From NCBI GenBank assembly GCA_022813965.1, contig JALDZS010000124.1, positions 1 through 64,000 of the forward strand: 64,000 nucleotides of DNA, written 5' to 3'. Source of the stretch: Toensbergia leucococca. Its lineage: Eukaryota. Below, piece after piece: positions 1 to 11,440 of this stretch. A program made the position numbers and the translations under genes. The first letter of the stretch is position 1, and each line of letters opens with the position of its first letter. The notes under the pieces are model-generated. The model saw only the letters and a program-made list of their open reading frames with translations. It had not been told where the DNA came from and made no database searches.

Positions 1-700
1 GAAGTGACTAAAAGTCTGTGATTTAGGTCAGCCTTCATTGTAAGGGTATGAAGCATATCTTCTGACTCATGTTACTATACTTCACCTTAAGACATTTGAG
101 AGTTCACTTCACAGAGTACTATTGAATCATCTCTCTATGCAATACCTATTGATGAGAGTAATAATGATAAAAGCATTTAGTGAACTAACGTTCAAATTTA
201 TGTCAAAAAGGATTTGAAAGAAAGGTTAGTAGTGATATGAATAGGAGTGTGAATGCAGCAATTGTTGTCTTAGCAGAGAACACCTCCTCTTTGAAATAAT
301 ACATGTTTCTCTATCTTATGCCTTCATCCTCAAACTCAATTCAATGTTTTGCTGAGATCAAGTTGTGACAAGGAAATTGACAGACTGCAAGCTCATTTAA
401 TTCACTATACTTTGTGTGCTTTAGTATTCAATGTGAGCTGAAGTTGAAGACATTGAGTAATCAAGTAATTGATACATCTCATTCTGAAGGATCAGAGTAC
501 AGTTGTGCTTTTTATGTATCACTGAACGTCTTTCAGGCCCTTCCTCTGAGTCTCTCAATTCAATGGCTTCTCTCTTGTATTCAAGAATTGACAGCTTTGA
601 TCTTAATCTCAGTGTTTGACATATCAGCCTTTGAAGCTCAAAATCCTCAGTAGCAGAATCTTTTGAGAAAATCTCATTAATCACATGTGTGACAGATAGA
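1..700. repeat. AT-rich, mutationally degraded repeat/TE relic (continues beyond window start)
   Basis: Low GC, CpG and CCA/TGG nearly absent, stop-rich frames; composition changes abruptly near 700. Confidence 0.6.
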
Positions 701-949
701 CCCCCGAATCGAACGTCCATCTTTTCCTAACTATAGCAAGCAATCAAACCAGTGACAGATCCCATCAGCAATGTCAAAAACTTCAAAATTGACTGAGTTA
801 GTTCTCATTGATCTGTTTTCTCTTGCTTTCTTGAAACTTGGTAGGTAACGTACAACAGATTGTGTCAAGTCATTCACTTTCTTATTCCCAGATCCGGAGT
901 TGTGCAGTAATACAAAAGCATTGTGACTTACTCCACGTTCTTTGAGAGC

Positions 950-3378
950 GTATTGTCAAGAAGTTGACCCCAACAGTCACTGATATCACTACCCATTGGT
1001 CAACTGCTCATCCTGAGCCACCTTTGCTTCCATGTAATGTTTCAATCCATAATTCGCTGCTAGTGGCATGAAAGAACTTCCTAAAAATCTATTTCTACGC
1101 CTCTATTGGACATCGCGTCGAGCTTATCATGCTTACTTCTAAACTTCTTGAAGTCCTCTTGATTGGTAAATCAGCGCGTGCTTGCCGTTTTGTTAAATTC
1201 ATCCATCAGCGCCGTTTGCGCTTTGCCTAAGCTTCTCTCTGCATTGATAGCGTTTGACATGAATCCTCTTCCGAGCTCACGGAATGTTGGTGTGTCCCTG
1301 GAGCTAAGTAGAGGACAATGCAAGCTTTTAAGCTGCAGGAGTGATGATCGCATCAGCCAAATATCTGCGTTGAAAATCTGATAGATTTCAGCATTGACTG
1401 TGGTCCATACGTTAGGTTTTTCCTCAAGGTCTCTAGCAGTCCTGTGTAGATACTCTACTTTCAACTGAAGTAGCTGATCGTTGCGTGAAGGAAGTTGAAG
1501 CCCGACTAAGCCTTTGCATCAGCTCTTAAGCCTCTGAACTGTCTCTTCATATTAAAAAAATTCATCTGATTCAGGTAGCGGATGAATCCCTGAATTGAGA
1601 GCACAGTCTTCATGATATTCATCTGCAGTGAGAACGCTACAACTGAGAACGGCCTCCTTGCTCGATGAGCAACTTGAAAGAACCGTGAGGCTTTCTTTCG
1701 GTAGAATAGATCTAGGTTGGACAGCATGAGCCTGTAAAAGTCTTCGAGATCGGCTGGAAGAATTTGCAGCCTTCTCTGAAGATCTGAGATCCTAGCAGAG
1801 TTCCTAAGTCCTTCCAGTAGTGACTTGACCACTGAATTGACCCAGAGGAACACACCAGAAGACTTCTCAACTATCCCATACATTAGCCGGGGAGCGCGTT
1901 GCGGCTCTCTGCCTTTGAGCTGTAGGAACCTACTGGATTCGCCAAGTTCATTGTCAACGTAGAGCTTAATATCGTCCGATGTCAGGTCCTGAAGCTTCAA
2001 TTTTGGACACTGTTGAAACCCATAATTGAATACGAGCAGGGGCCGAATAGAAATGCAGATTTTATGTTTGAGGAAGACAAAACTGCCTTGAACATGCCAA
2101 CAATCTCAGCATGGTCACCGTCAAAGTCATCCAGTCCGTTGATAAAGAAGCAGAAATTTGCAGACACGGTATCCTCATTGCTCAAAGCTTGCGTCAATGC
2201 TGTCCGACACCAGGGATGAGGATCGTCCCCAAAGATATTAAACACGCGCTACTTGTAAGGGAAAACCCGAGGTATGAGGTCCGCAAACTTTAACAATGTC
2301 TCGTGCAATATTGACTGAAGCAATCTGATTGAAGACCGCCGCTCTTCTATTTTAGAGTTCCAAAAGTGAAAGCTTGCTGTCAAGAGCGGCTTTCCCTCAC
2401 CCCGAAATCGCAAAAATTCGTGCATGCGCAAAACATCAAATGACACTTCATGAGAGTCGAATTACCAGACCCTGCTTTACCAGATATCCAGTAAAGTCCA
2501 TCACCGTGGCGTAACCATTCCCTGAAATTAGTCCAAGGCTTTCTCACAGCTTCTGGTCACGATACATCCAGTCAAAGGTCCTCTTGTGTGCTTTAGTAAT
2601 CTCATCTCGTCGATCCAACATTCTTGGAAATTGAAGGCTAATGAAAATCCTTACTTTCAAGGAAGCTTCTCTCTCGTCATCGGCTATTTGCGATACATTT
2701 TCTGAGAGTTTGGCTATATCACCCCTGTTTTCTATATACCAGCCACACTGTCGTATAGCATTAGTGATTTCCGCCTGCCTTTTTCTATTCTCGTCCTTGA
2801 GATCAAGGATATCACGACTGATATTTCTAGTCTTTTGGTTGAGCACATTGAATCCAAAGGAGTGCTCAGACTGCTTGAAAGATATAGCATTGACGCTTTC
2901 TCTGGGGAGACCAAGACTAGGCAAAAGCGTTGATTGGTTGTATCTCAAGAGCTTACCCAAGAGATATCAAAAGCTGCTTGTCAAGGGCTTTTCTAAGCTC
3001 TGACAGCCTCTGCATTAGGTCTTATCTTGACTCCTTACTCCAAACACTTTTTGAGCGCTCGTCGAAAACTTTTCCATTCCGTGTGTGTTCCTCGAAGCTT
3101 CAATTTATCCAGAACGTTAGGGAGCTTCCAAGCTACCTTAGAATACAGCACGTTGAGATGCTCAAATTCTAATCACTAGGAGCAAGGCGATTGGTCTTCA
3201 GCTTGTTAGTCAAATGAACTAGATTAGCTGCAACGACCTCCAACTCAATGTTTTCAGCCAGGGCTCAATTGGCTGACTTGTATAACTTTTGACTCTTAGA
3301 TATCAATGTGCTGCAATAGTTGACGACCTCGAAAACATTGGCGACAAACCCCAAAGCAGTGAAAGGGCCAAGAACCAT
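950..3378 (-). pseudogene. NACHT-domain (fungal NLR-like STAND) protein with SesA/HeLo-like N-terminus, pseudogene
   Basis: ATG at 3378 gives MVLGPFTALGFVANVFEVVNYCSTLISKSQKLYKSAN*ALAENIELE (stop at 3265-3267). Also AHKRTFDW, Walker A YWISGKAGSGNSTLMK (2455-2481), FHFWNS, Walker B FCFFINGLDDFDGD and winged-helix motifs KSSGVFLWV and LPADLEDFY. These are spread over several frames. Confidence 0.88.
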
Positions 3379-4287
3379 GGTGGCAGCACGATCAAGCTGT
3401 GGAGATGTAAGATCGGTGGGATTATAGACAATCTAGTGGATGAAAGTGATCGGTAGGGTTCTAACAGGTGAATAGCATGAATGTCAAGGGATTTCAATGT
3501 GGTGGGCTGTCTAAAGTAAGAAGCCCCGTAGTGCTTTTACGCCCTTGTTCTTTTGCAATCTCTTTTGAAGAGGTTCCTTGACACCCGAGGCATTACCATC
3601 AGCCTTGTGTTTCCCACCTTACTAGGTAGAAGTCCTTTCAGCACACATTCGTTTTCGAGGAGATAGATCATGTAGAGTCAGGGTGATTGCAGTACGGTTC
3701 ATCAGCTGCCTGTTTGGGATAGTAAGTCACACAATCTGGAGGTGTTCTGATCACAGCTATGTGGAACAGGCAGTCGGAAGCCAAAACACGGAAAACGAGC
3801 CGATATTCTAAATTAAGACTGTAATAATACAAGACGCGAGGATGGCCGTATTCTATTGTTAGTTGAGTATTCTATTCTTGTGGCTTAAGGTAAGCACGTA
3901 AGGTACCCAATCAAGTGATACCTTCTCCGCAGGAGCAAGACACGAAATACATCAGCCAATTCGACCCATTCTTGCTCCATGCTAATACTTTGTTTGTCAT
4001 ACCGTCTTACTCGTCCAACTACAACAGCCCACAATTTCCTTCCAGAAGCCGCCGGATGCACCGAGGGAACAAGACTTCGAACACGAACACTAAGGTAAGT
4101 AACTACCTCGGAAGTTTGATATTGTGCTGTGCCACGACTCCTTCGGCCACCACCTCTAGATGGAAAAGATGCCCGACCCCGACCCCGACCCCAACACAAC
4201 TAAATATCGAGACCATCATCGATTCATCGGCTGAAAAACGCACGATTCAGCAGCATAAGCTTGTACTATTATTCTGCTACCAGGATC

Positions 4288-5700
4288 ATGTCCTCGAGCA
4301 TTGGTCTCGTACAGCTTTCATACGAACTTCTCGACAATATCGTCCGCCGCCTTGACAGCCATGGCATTAAAACTATACGTCTAACTTCGCAGCGACTGCA
4401 TCAAGTAGCCTCCCCACTACTTTTCCAGAGAATATTCATCTCCTCACACCCACTCGATCTAGATGTGTTTAATCGCATTACCAGCAATTCAATTCTGCAG
4501 AAGAACATTCGTGAACTGATATGGGATGACACGACCCTGAATCAGGTTCTCATGACCTGGGAGATCTTCGTCAGCCAAGCCGAACATAGCTGGCCCAATC
4601 ATCCGGCAGAATACACGCCGTCGCGAGGTGCGTTCGATTTCTGGGTCGGGACCACCAAAGACCATCATGTAATCCGAAGCCAGCACTTGGATCAAAGAAG
4701 TTTGATGGAGACACTCCCCAAGCTGTCCTCGCTAGAATCGGTGATCCTGACCAACCGCAATGTCGAAGCTCTTCCTTCGGAGAGAGATTTTCCAGAAGCA
4801 GGCTCATCTCCCACCACTCGTCAATGGCTCGCGCTGCCGGAAAAGGTCCCCTTTCCACCTCGGGTGGATTGGCTCTTGACGAATGCAGACTCCGAAGCTT
4901 TTGACGGTGGCATCAACAACTTTTTTAATATTGACTTCTACGACGATGGTTGGCCGGCAGAGGAAGTCAATCTAAATGACAGTGACTACTATTGTGTTTA
5001 CAACACGTTACGCCCTTTCCGAGGCTTGCTCATCCTTCTCAGGGCATTATCAAATACCGGCACTCGAATCAAGAAATTTATGATTAGGCCTTCATATGAG
5101 AAATTTCGAGACCACATGCCAGGCATATCTCATGTTCTCTTCCAAAAATGGTCTCCAGACCTGGACTGCTTTGTAGACGTGGTCAAACATTTGCGTGTAC
5201 TCCACTTGGTTATTAGCAGCGACGAAATTGGGAGCGGGAAGATCACGGCGAGACTGGGTCATCTGACACGATTGTTACGAGCAGCCGCGCAGCTGGAAGA
5301 CCTCTCCCTAGAAATGACCGAAATGCCGACTGTGGGAGTGCTAGATCCCAGCTACACCTACCCTTATCTCCGCAAAGCTCGTTTCCTCGAGGGCAATATC
5401 GATCCCGAACGCTTCCTGACCTTCCTCCGGAACCACAGGGCTACGTTGCAAAATTTAGAATTGTATTATTGCCACTTAGAAATCTCCACATGGGAAACCA
5501 CAGTAGCCTTGATCAAGCAAGAACAACTGACCTACAAGCATTGTATATTTCATCACGTCAGTGATAACACGCCGCTGCACGACTGGATGAGTGCCAGCGA
5601 AAATATCAATGAACTCCTCATGCACAACGGACACTTTTCGTTGGCTCGTGGCGACATGACACCGCCGCCACGATTTGAGGATTTTGACAGGGAGTACTAG
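4288..5700 (+). CDS. F-box domain protein with LRR-like C-terminus
   Basis: Intronless ORF. N-terminal LVQLSYELLDNIVRRLDSHGIKTIRLTSQRLHQVASPLLF is F-box-like, followed by LxxLxL repeats. Start taken at ATG 4288. Confidence 0.78.
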   Translation: MSSSIGLVQLSYELLDNIVRRLDSHGIKTIRLTSQRLHQVASPLLFQRIFISSHPLDLDVFNRITSNSILQKNIRELIWDDTTLNQVLMTWEIFVSQAEHSWPNHPAEYTPSRGAFDFWVGTTKDHHVIRSQHLDQRSLMETLPKLSSLESVILTNRNVEALPSERDFPEAGSSPTTRQWLALPEKVPFPPRVDWLLTNADSEAFDGGINNFFNIDFYDDGWPAEEVNLNDSDYYCVYNTLRPFRGLLILLRALSNTGTRIKKFMIRPSYEKFRDHMPGISHVLFQKWSPDLDCFVDVVKHLRVLHLVISSDEIGSGKITARLGHLTRLLRAAAQLEDLSLEMTEMPTVGVLDPSYTYPYLRKARFLEGNIDPERFLTFLRNHRATLQNLELYYCHLEISTWETTVALIKQEQLTYKHCIFHHVSDNTPLHDWMSASENINELLMHNGHFSLARGDMTPPPRFEDFDREY

Positions 5701-6143
5701 TTTTCTCCTCTCTTCAACCCGGTGGCGTGGATAGCGTTGTGGATTCATTTCTCTTTGCCAGAACTCTATACCCAGTTGTTGGATGTGATGGGTTATTATA
5801 CCGTACGCTTGGAACTGGGACTGGATACTTACGTTCCGTATCGCTGACCGTGTAGAGTACTAACATTAATTCCAAGTCCATATCTTTTCAGTGTGGGATC
5901 CCGAATCAAAAGCGCTCCCAAGCATTTACGTAGGTCATATGAGCCCTCAAGTCACTCTGAATGACTTGGCAAAGCCTGGCAACATCCAGTTTGGCCATGC
6001 CTGGCTCTAGCATGGTTTCACTAAGACTGCCTTGGGTCTTGCGTAGTAAGCTCAAGATGCACTGCTGTAATACGGGCCTGGCTTACTCGCAGGATTGCGT
6101 TGGACACAAATAATGCCCAGGAGCTCTGTTTTTGATGACAGCT

Positions 6144-7169
6144 TCAGATAATGGTCGAGTTGCCAGAAGTCGAACCGCCAACATTGCTGCTCGAAATTCC
6201 AAGGTTTCCACTGACAAACACGACCAGCACTGCTGCATAGGCAGCGCAAGCAACAAAGACTTCTGATCTTTTGGCCTTGGTCACCAGTCCAACGCATATA
6301 GCGAAAGCGACTGTATAACCAGCGATAAGCCCCAGTCGCTTTTGCTCGCTCTGCACGTAGTAGAGATTATAGATTGCTCCAAACAGGAGGATGGAAGCAA
6401 CGAGTACGTTAACAATGGCAACGACGATATGCAGCCGACGCTCAGAAATATAAGCCAGAGGGCGATCCGTCCGTTGCGTCTAACAAGGTATGGCTGTCAG
6501 ATTTTTTCTTTCCTGGCCTGGAGAAAGACCTACTGTAAACAATAGAGGGAAGAAGTATCGCAAGAAGGTAGTCAATCTATCTTCATCGGCTTGAGCCCGC
6601 AGTGTTATTAAATCACCGACATCATCCAAAATGCTAGCACTATAGCCACCGAGAGTGGGAAAGCTGTCTCCTGAGCCTTTGACGTTATGAAACACGTTTC
6701 GAAATGCTTCAAGCGTTCTCGATGACGGCGGTTTGAGGCTAAGTAAAGTGCTTTCGAGGACGATGGCTTCCCCTAAACCTATTGAATCAGGTCTCGGTCT
6801 CTCAAGTGAGAGACTTGAGAATGTACTGTATTCCTTCATTTTCTCTCGTATCTCTTTGACAACGGCCATCCTATCCTTCTCTCGTACATTGTTTTCCTTA
6901 CTTGCCCTCGTTTTGAAGACTTGCCAGTCTCGGGTACTCTTTTTATCCTCTGTCGTAGCTTCGAGATCTTCGAGATCTAGTGCATCTTGCCGCGCTTCAA
7001 GCTCAATAAGCTCGCTCTGCAGGTAAAGGAGGTTTCGGGCAGAAAGGCGATCAAATCGGCGATAGATTGCTGTGCTTTTGTCGCGATCACTTGCGATGAA
7101 TGCCGCAAGAGAAGGGTATCCTTTGACGTATCGAACCTCGACTGTGCTATGCTCCAGATCTTTGGGCAT
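6144..7169 (-). CDS. DUF6594-family membrane protein (2 introns)
   Basis: GYPSLAAFIASD..IYRRFDRLSARNLLYLQSELIELE N-terminal motif. After splicing (~6773-6827 and ~6480-6533), about 4 C-terminal TM helices ending AAYAAVLVVFVS. Confidence 0.85.
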
Positions 7170-7603
7170 TGCGGGTCAGACCCAAAACCAAAGGCGGCTG
7201 GCAACACGTCAAATTTGTGCATCACATTATGAGTGTTGAATTTCGGCCTTGCAGTCGGGAAAGATGTTTTTCTAATAGGTTCAGCCTCACTCTTGAAGTT
7301 CCGTTGGTCTTGACCCCGCCACCCCGCCATGAGCTACAACTGCGAGTACTTTCGAGTCTCATTCGATACCGCCTTCGGTAGGGCAGTTGTCATTGTCCTC
7401 TTGTTGTTTCTCACCGTCAGCTACTACTGCGCGCACTGTCTCGCAGCTCTCGGAGCTGTGCCCACTCGATTGCTTTCACCGCCCTTCCCTCGTACTATTC
7501 GCAATTCTTGGATCAACATCTCTTCCTTTCTTTGATAACTTTGTGCATTTGTATATTTGGACAAAAATCCAAGCTGCTATTTCCTTTTCGTACGTATAGA
7601 ATC

Positions 7604-9886
7604 ATGATTTATGATACCGATAATGAATCCGTCTATGATTTCGGCAACGAACGCGATACGCAAGGGCTTACGCCTTTCAACCCTCGATTGGAAGCTCCAG
7701 CTTCTCTTTTGCCCTCAGAATATCCAGTCAGTCTCCTACCCTTATCTATTTATGACTCGACAAGTAATACAGTACAGCCGGCCAATATCGACTCCTTCCT
7801 CGAAGATGTGTATCCTGATATCGCCCTGTTCAACGCGCAGCATCCACAGAGTTTAGCAAGCAAAGACATGAGACTAGTTGAGTACGAGATTTTACCGGAT
7901 GAGGATATTGAGTTTACAGCTCAACCCGTCATATCCGGTAAAGAGGTACAACGTCTGACCGTAAGGCCTCGAAATGTGTACTCAGAACAAAGTAAGACCT
8001 TGGTCACCTCAGAAACGGACGGGGAGAGAGGCTCAAGGACTAGGCTAAGGATGGAACTGCCTATGATAATCCAGGGATCTATCATTGTTTCTCGTCCTGA
8101 CTCCGGCTCCGAGGAAAACGTAATCCGTGCAGACTTGGTATCGCAGCTTGGTCTAATCATGGACCCTGCACCGGTGCATGGACACGAAAAGGAGTTCCGA
8201 ATTGCGAACGGAAAATTCGTCAAAGCACTTGGAAGGATCTCGGTCAAATGCTCGTTTGCCAAGGATCCAGTAATGGAGTTCTACTGTTCTTTCTATGTCT
8301 TTCAGTATCTTATAACCCCACTTATCATGGGAATGTCTTTCCTAGACACAACAGAGACTCTAGCCAAATACCGATACCGACTTCAACCGAGAGGCTCCCC
8401 ACTTGCTGGGCCTCTACAGCTCTGTAGTCTAAATAGTCCCAGATGCCGATTATTTTGCCACGCAGATATGCAGGCGATGCTGGCAAATGCAGATACAGGC
8501 TCCGAGGTGGACCTCATGTCACTAGCGTATGTAAGAAAAAGAAATTTCACTGTGAGCACGGTCGATCTACGCAGTACTATGGTCCAGTTTGCCGACGGTA
8601 GTGTAGACCATTTATTAGGTAAAGTAGTGGTGTGGATAGTCCTTGGTGATCCTGATGGTCCGCGGCTCAAAACCACGTTTTACATTCTCGAAAACCTCAC
8701 GTGCGATATTCTCTTTGGAGAGGACTTTCTGAACGAAACTGCAGCGTTTGAGTCTTATCAAGATGCTTTTTTGATTAACGATCCCGAAAGCAACGTTTGT
8801 GAGGTAAATGCTATAGTTTGGTTCAACACCGCTGAGCGATATCTTTCTCGGATTGGTAATCGAGGCGCAACCGTTACAGACACGATACCTGGTGAGTTTC
8901 CAGCACTACATTGACTCCATCATCAGCCCGCAATACTCCTCATGCATAGCTAATCTTCCAAAGACCTAGGCCCAAAAAGTACGATGGCGATTGTGAAAAA
9001 ACGCGTTGACCGGCTTTTCGGCCGTCAAGCAAATGCACCCAATTTTGAAACACCTACAGCCGGTACTATAAAGCTCAAGAAAATGCTAAGACTTGGATTT
9101 TGATTTATAACCATTTTCAGGCTCGAGGTTCCCCGAAGAAAGCATTGACGAACAAGATGCACGAGAACTTCACCGTCGTGAGCTGGCAAATAAAACAATT
9201 GTGACTTTACCTGAAGCCGAGAAAGATGCAGCGATAAAGAAAGAGAAGGAAACTATCGGCAAGTATGAAGAAATGAAGAGCCAACTCATGTCAAGTCGAG
9301 CTCCAAATGCGCCAGCCTTGATACGTGAGTTCAAATGCGACCATCCAGGTTGTCTGGCACCGGCTTTTCAAACTCAATACCTTCTCAAGTAAGATTACTA
9401 CTCGATCGTCTGACTGGCTTTTAAGATCTGATGTGTTATGTATAGTTCTCATGCAAATGTTCATTACCAGATTAGATCACACCACTGCCCTGTGGCCGGC
9501 TGCTCGCGTAGCGAAGGCGGAAAAGGCTTCAAGAGAAAAAATGAAATGATCAGACACGGTTTGATGCATCAGAGTCCTGGTTATACTTGTCCGTTCTGCC
9601 CTGAACGCGAGCACAAGTATCCTCGGCCAGACAATTTACAGAGGTAAGTACTCTGGTGAGACAGTCGCCACTGCCATCCTGATCACTTATTATCTCAGGC
9701 ATGTGAGAGTAGAACATGTTGACAAAGACGCCAACGATCCTGCTCTACGTGCCATTCTTGCGCAACGATCTGAAGGAGGAAGTCATGGACGCCGTAGAAG
9801 ACTTAGGATATCATCAGGTGAGATGGGTCATGAGTTATCCTTTCATCTTATGTCACTATCTAATTTAGAATTTAGCACATGACTGA
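7604..9886 (+). CDS. Fusion protein: two retropepsin-like aspartic protease domains plus C-terminal triple C2H2 zinc finger (~660 aa)
   Basis: Predicted exons 7604-8891, 8964-9062, 9121-9388, 9446-9643, 9699-9817 and 9876-9886, all GT-AG and in phase. Motifs RPDSGSEEN..IANG..IMGMSFL and NADTGSEVD..FADG..ILFGEDFL. Fingers CDHPGC..HANVH, CPVAGC..HGLMH and CPFC..HVRVEH. Confidence 0.8.
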
Positions 9887-9989
9887 AAGCTGTAGCCAAA
9901 CTTACAACGTCACTGTTGGCTTGATGGGAACGTAGGTAATGAAATCATTTAATACTACCAGGTATCAGCCTTCAGACTAAGACTGAATG

Positions 9990-11170
9990 TTTTTTGAAGT
10001 ATCTTAAGACTTTGCTTGATTCTAGTACTACATTCTCTCGGTCAAGATGTAAAACGCATTTCAATCTTCTTATGCAGAAAAGATCTTTATCACTTCTTCT
10101 GTTTCTACAATGAATAGAGACAAAATCTTATTTGTACTTGCTCTTAAGCTCTGCTACATGAAGTGTAAAGTATATTAGAATAAGTATCAGCTTTTCTTAA
10201 CAGTAGATATAAATCTTATATTAAAATATTAAGGTATACAATATACTTAGACCTTTTTTCTACAGTTGTGAAAATGTGCCATATATATTGTTATCTTACA
10301 AAGTAAAAGAAAAGTGTTTAAATAGAGTGTTAATATCTAAACACCCCCTTTTTGATTTATAAACATCTCTCTCTGCCTCTTATCTTATTGAGTTGCAAGA
10401 TTACTAAGAAAAAATGTTATTATTTTGCATCACATTTTTGTCTTGATTTTTCTTGTCACTTTTGCATAACTTATAGCTAATAGAGAGAGATGACCTTGTG
10501 TAAAAAAGCATGTGAGTGAGAACTCAGAGACTGAGAGAGTTAGAGAAGATTTAAAGATAAAGGGCAAGGTGAAGAGCAAGGTGATGAGCAAAGTGAAGAG
10601 TGAGGTGTAAAGCAAGGTAAAGAGCAAGAGATAAAGCAAAAGATAAGAGAAAGCTGCAGAAATGATTCTGTGAATAAACAGAGTAATTTCTGTAAACAAC
10701 AGATTCTTTCATGATTTTAAAAAGAAAAAAGATGACAAAAAATCATGATATCTCTCACACTCAAAAGAATCAAAGCAAGGATCTGATTTCAAAAAATTAA
10801 TCTTTATCTTTCTCTCCTTAAATAAATTTGAGCTTTTAGATGACACAGTTAATAAAGAACAGATCAATGACTTTGCATGCATAGAGATAGAGAAGTGAGG
10901 CAAAATGTGATGCAAAATGATCAACATTCTATCTACTCTGTGATCTTGTTATCTGATGAGGGGTCGAGAGGGGTGTCTATGTGTTGGAAAGGGGCATTCA
11001 TTTATATATAACATTACGAGCCTGATTTTGTAGTAATAACAAATTTATCATATTATACATGAGATAAAAATTGTGATAATTAAGTGATGAAGAAAAAGCT
11101 ACAGTCACATCTGCACTCAAGTGATATAAAACATCAAACACAATTCTACGGATACAAATAATTTCATGAG
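9990..11170. repeat. AT-rich degraded repeat relic with a decayed 12-bp tandem array (~10560-10650)
   Basis: Very low GC, CpG and TGG/CCA depleted; units such as aagagcaaggtg, atgagcaaagtg and aagagtgaggtg. Confidence 0.6.
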
Positions 11171-11440
11171 CCTTTCTCCTGATCATCATTTTGCGGCTTG
11201 TTGACTTTGTACGTCCTTGGTCTATACGCATGTTCAAAAGAAGGTTGAAAATCTGACCCGTTGCTTACAGGGGGGTTCCGCTGCCATGTGTATAGATCCG
11301 TCTACGCATAGGTAGAATTTGCGGTTTGACGAAAGCTAGCGGTTGCACGCAATGGGCTTCAGTTGAGAGTGATGGCTCAATGCCGGTCCGAAGACGCGGG
11401 TTCGAGATTCTTTGACTTCTTTTGAGAGCGACAGTAGCCT

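Noticed and set aside
7604..8914. LTR retrotransposon interpretation of the aspartic protease motifs
   Set aside because: No gag, RT, RNase H, integrase or LTRs; the gene has spliceosomal introns and unmutated composition.
10430..10699. Hydrophobic Leu/Phe-rich 89-aa ORF resembling a membrane peptide
   Set aside because: Arises from a decayed 12-bp repeat in a mutated AT-rich relic.
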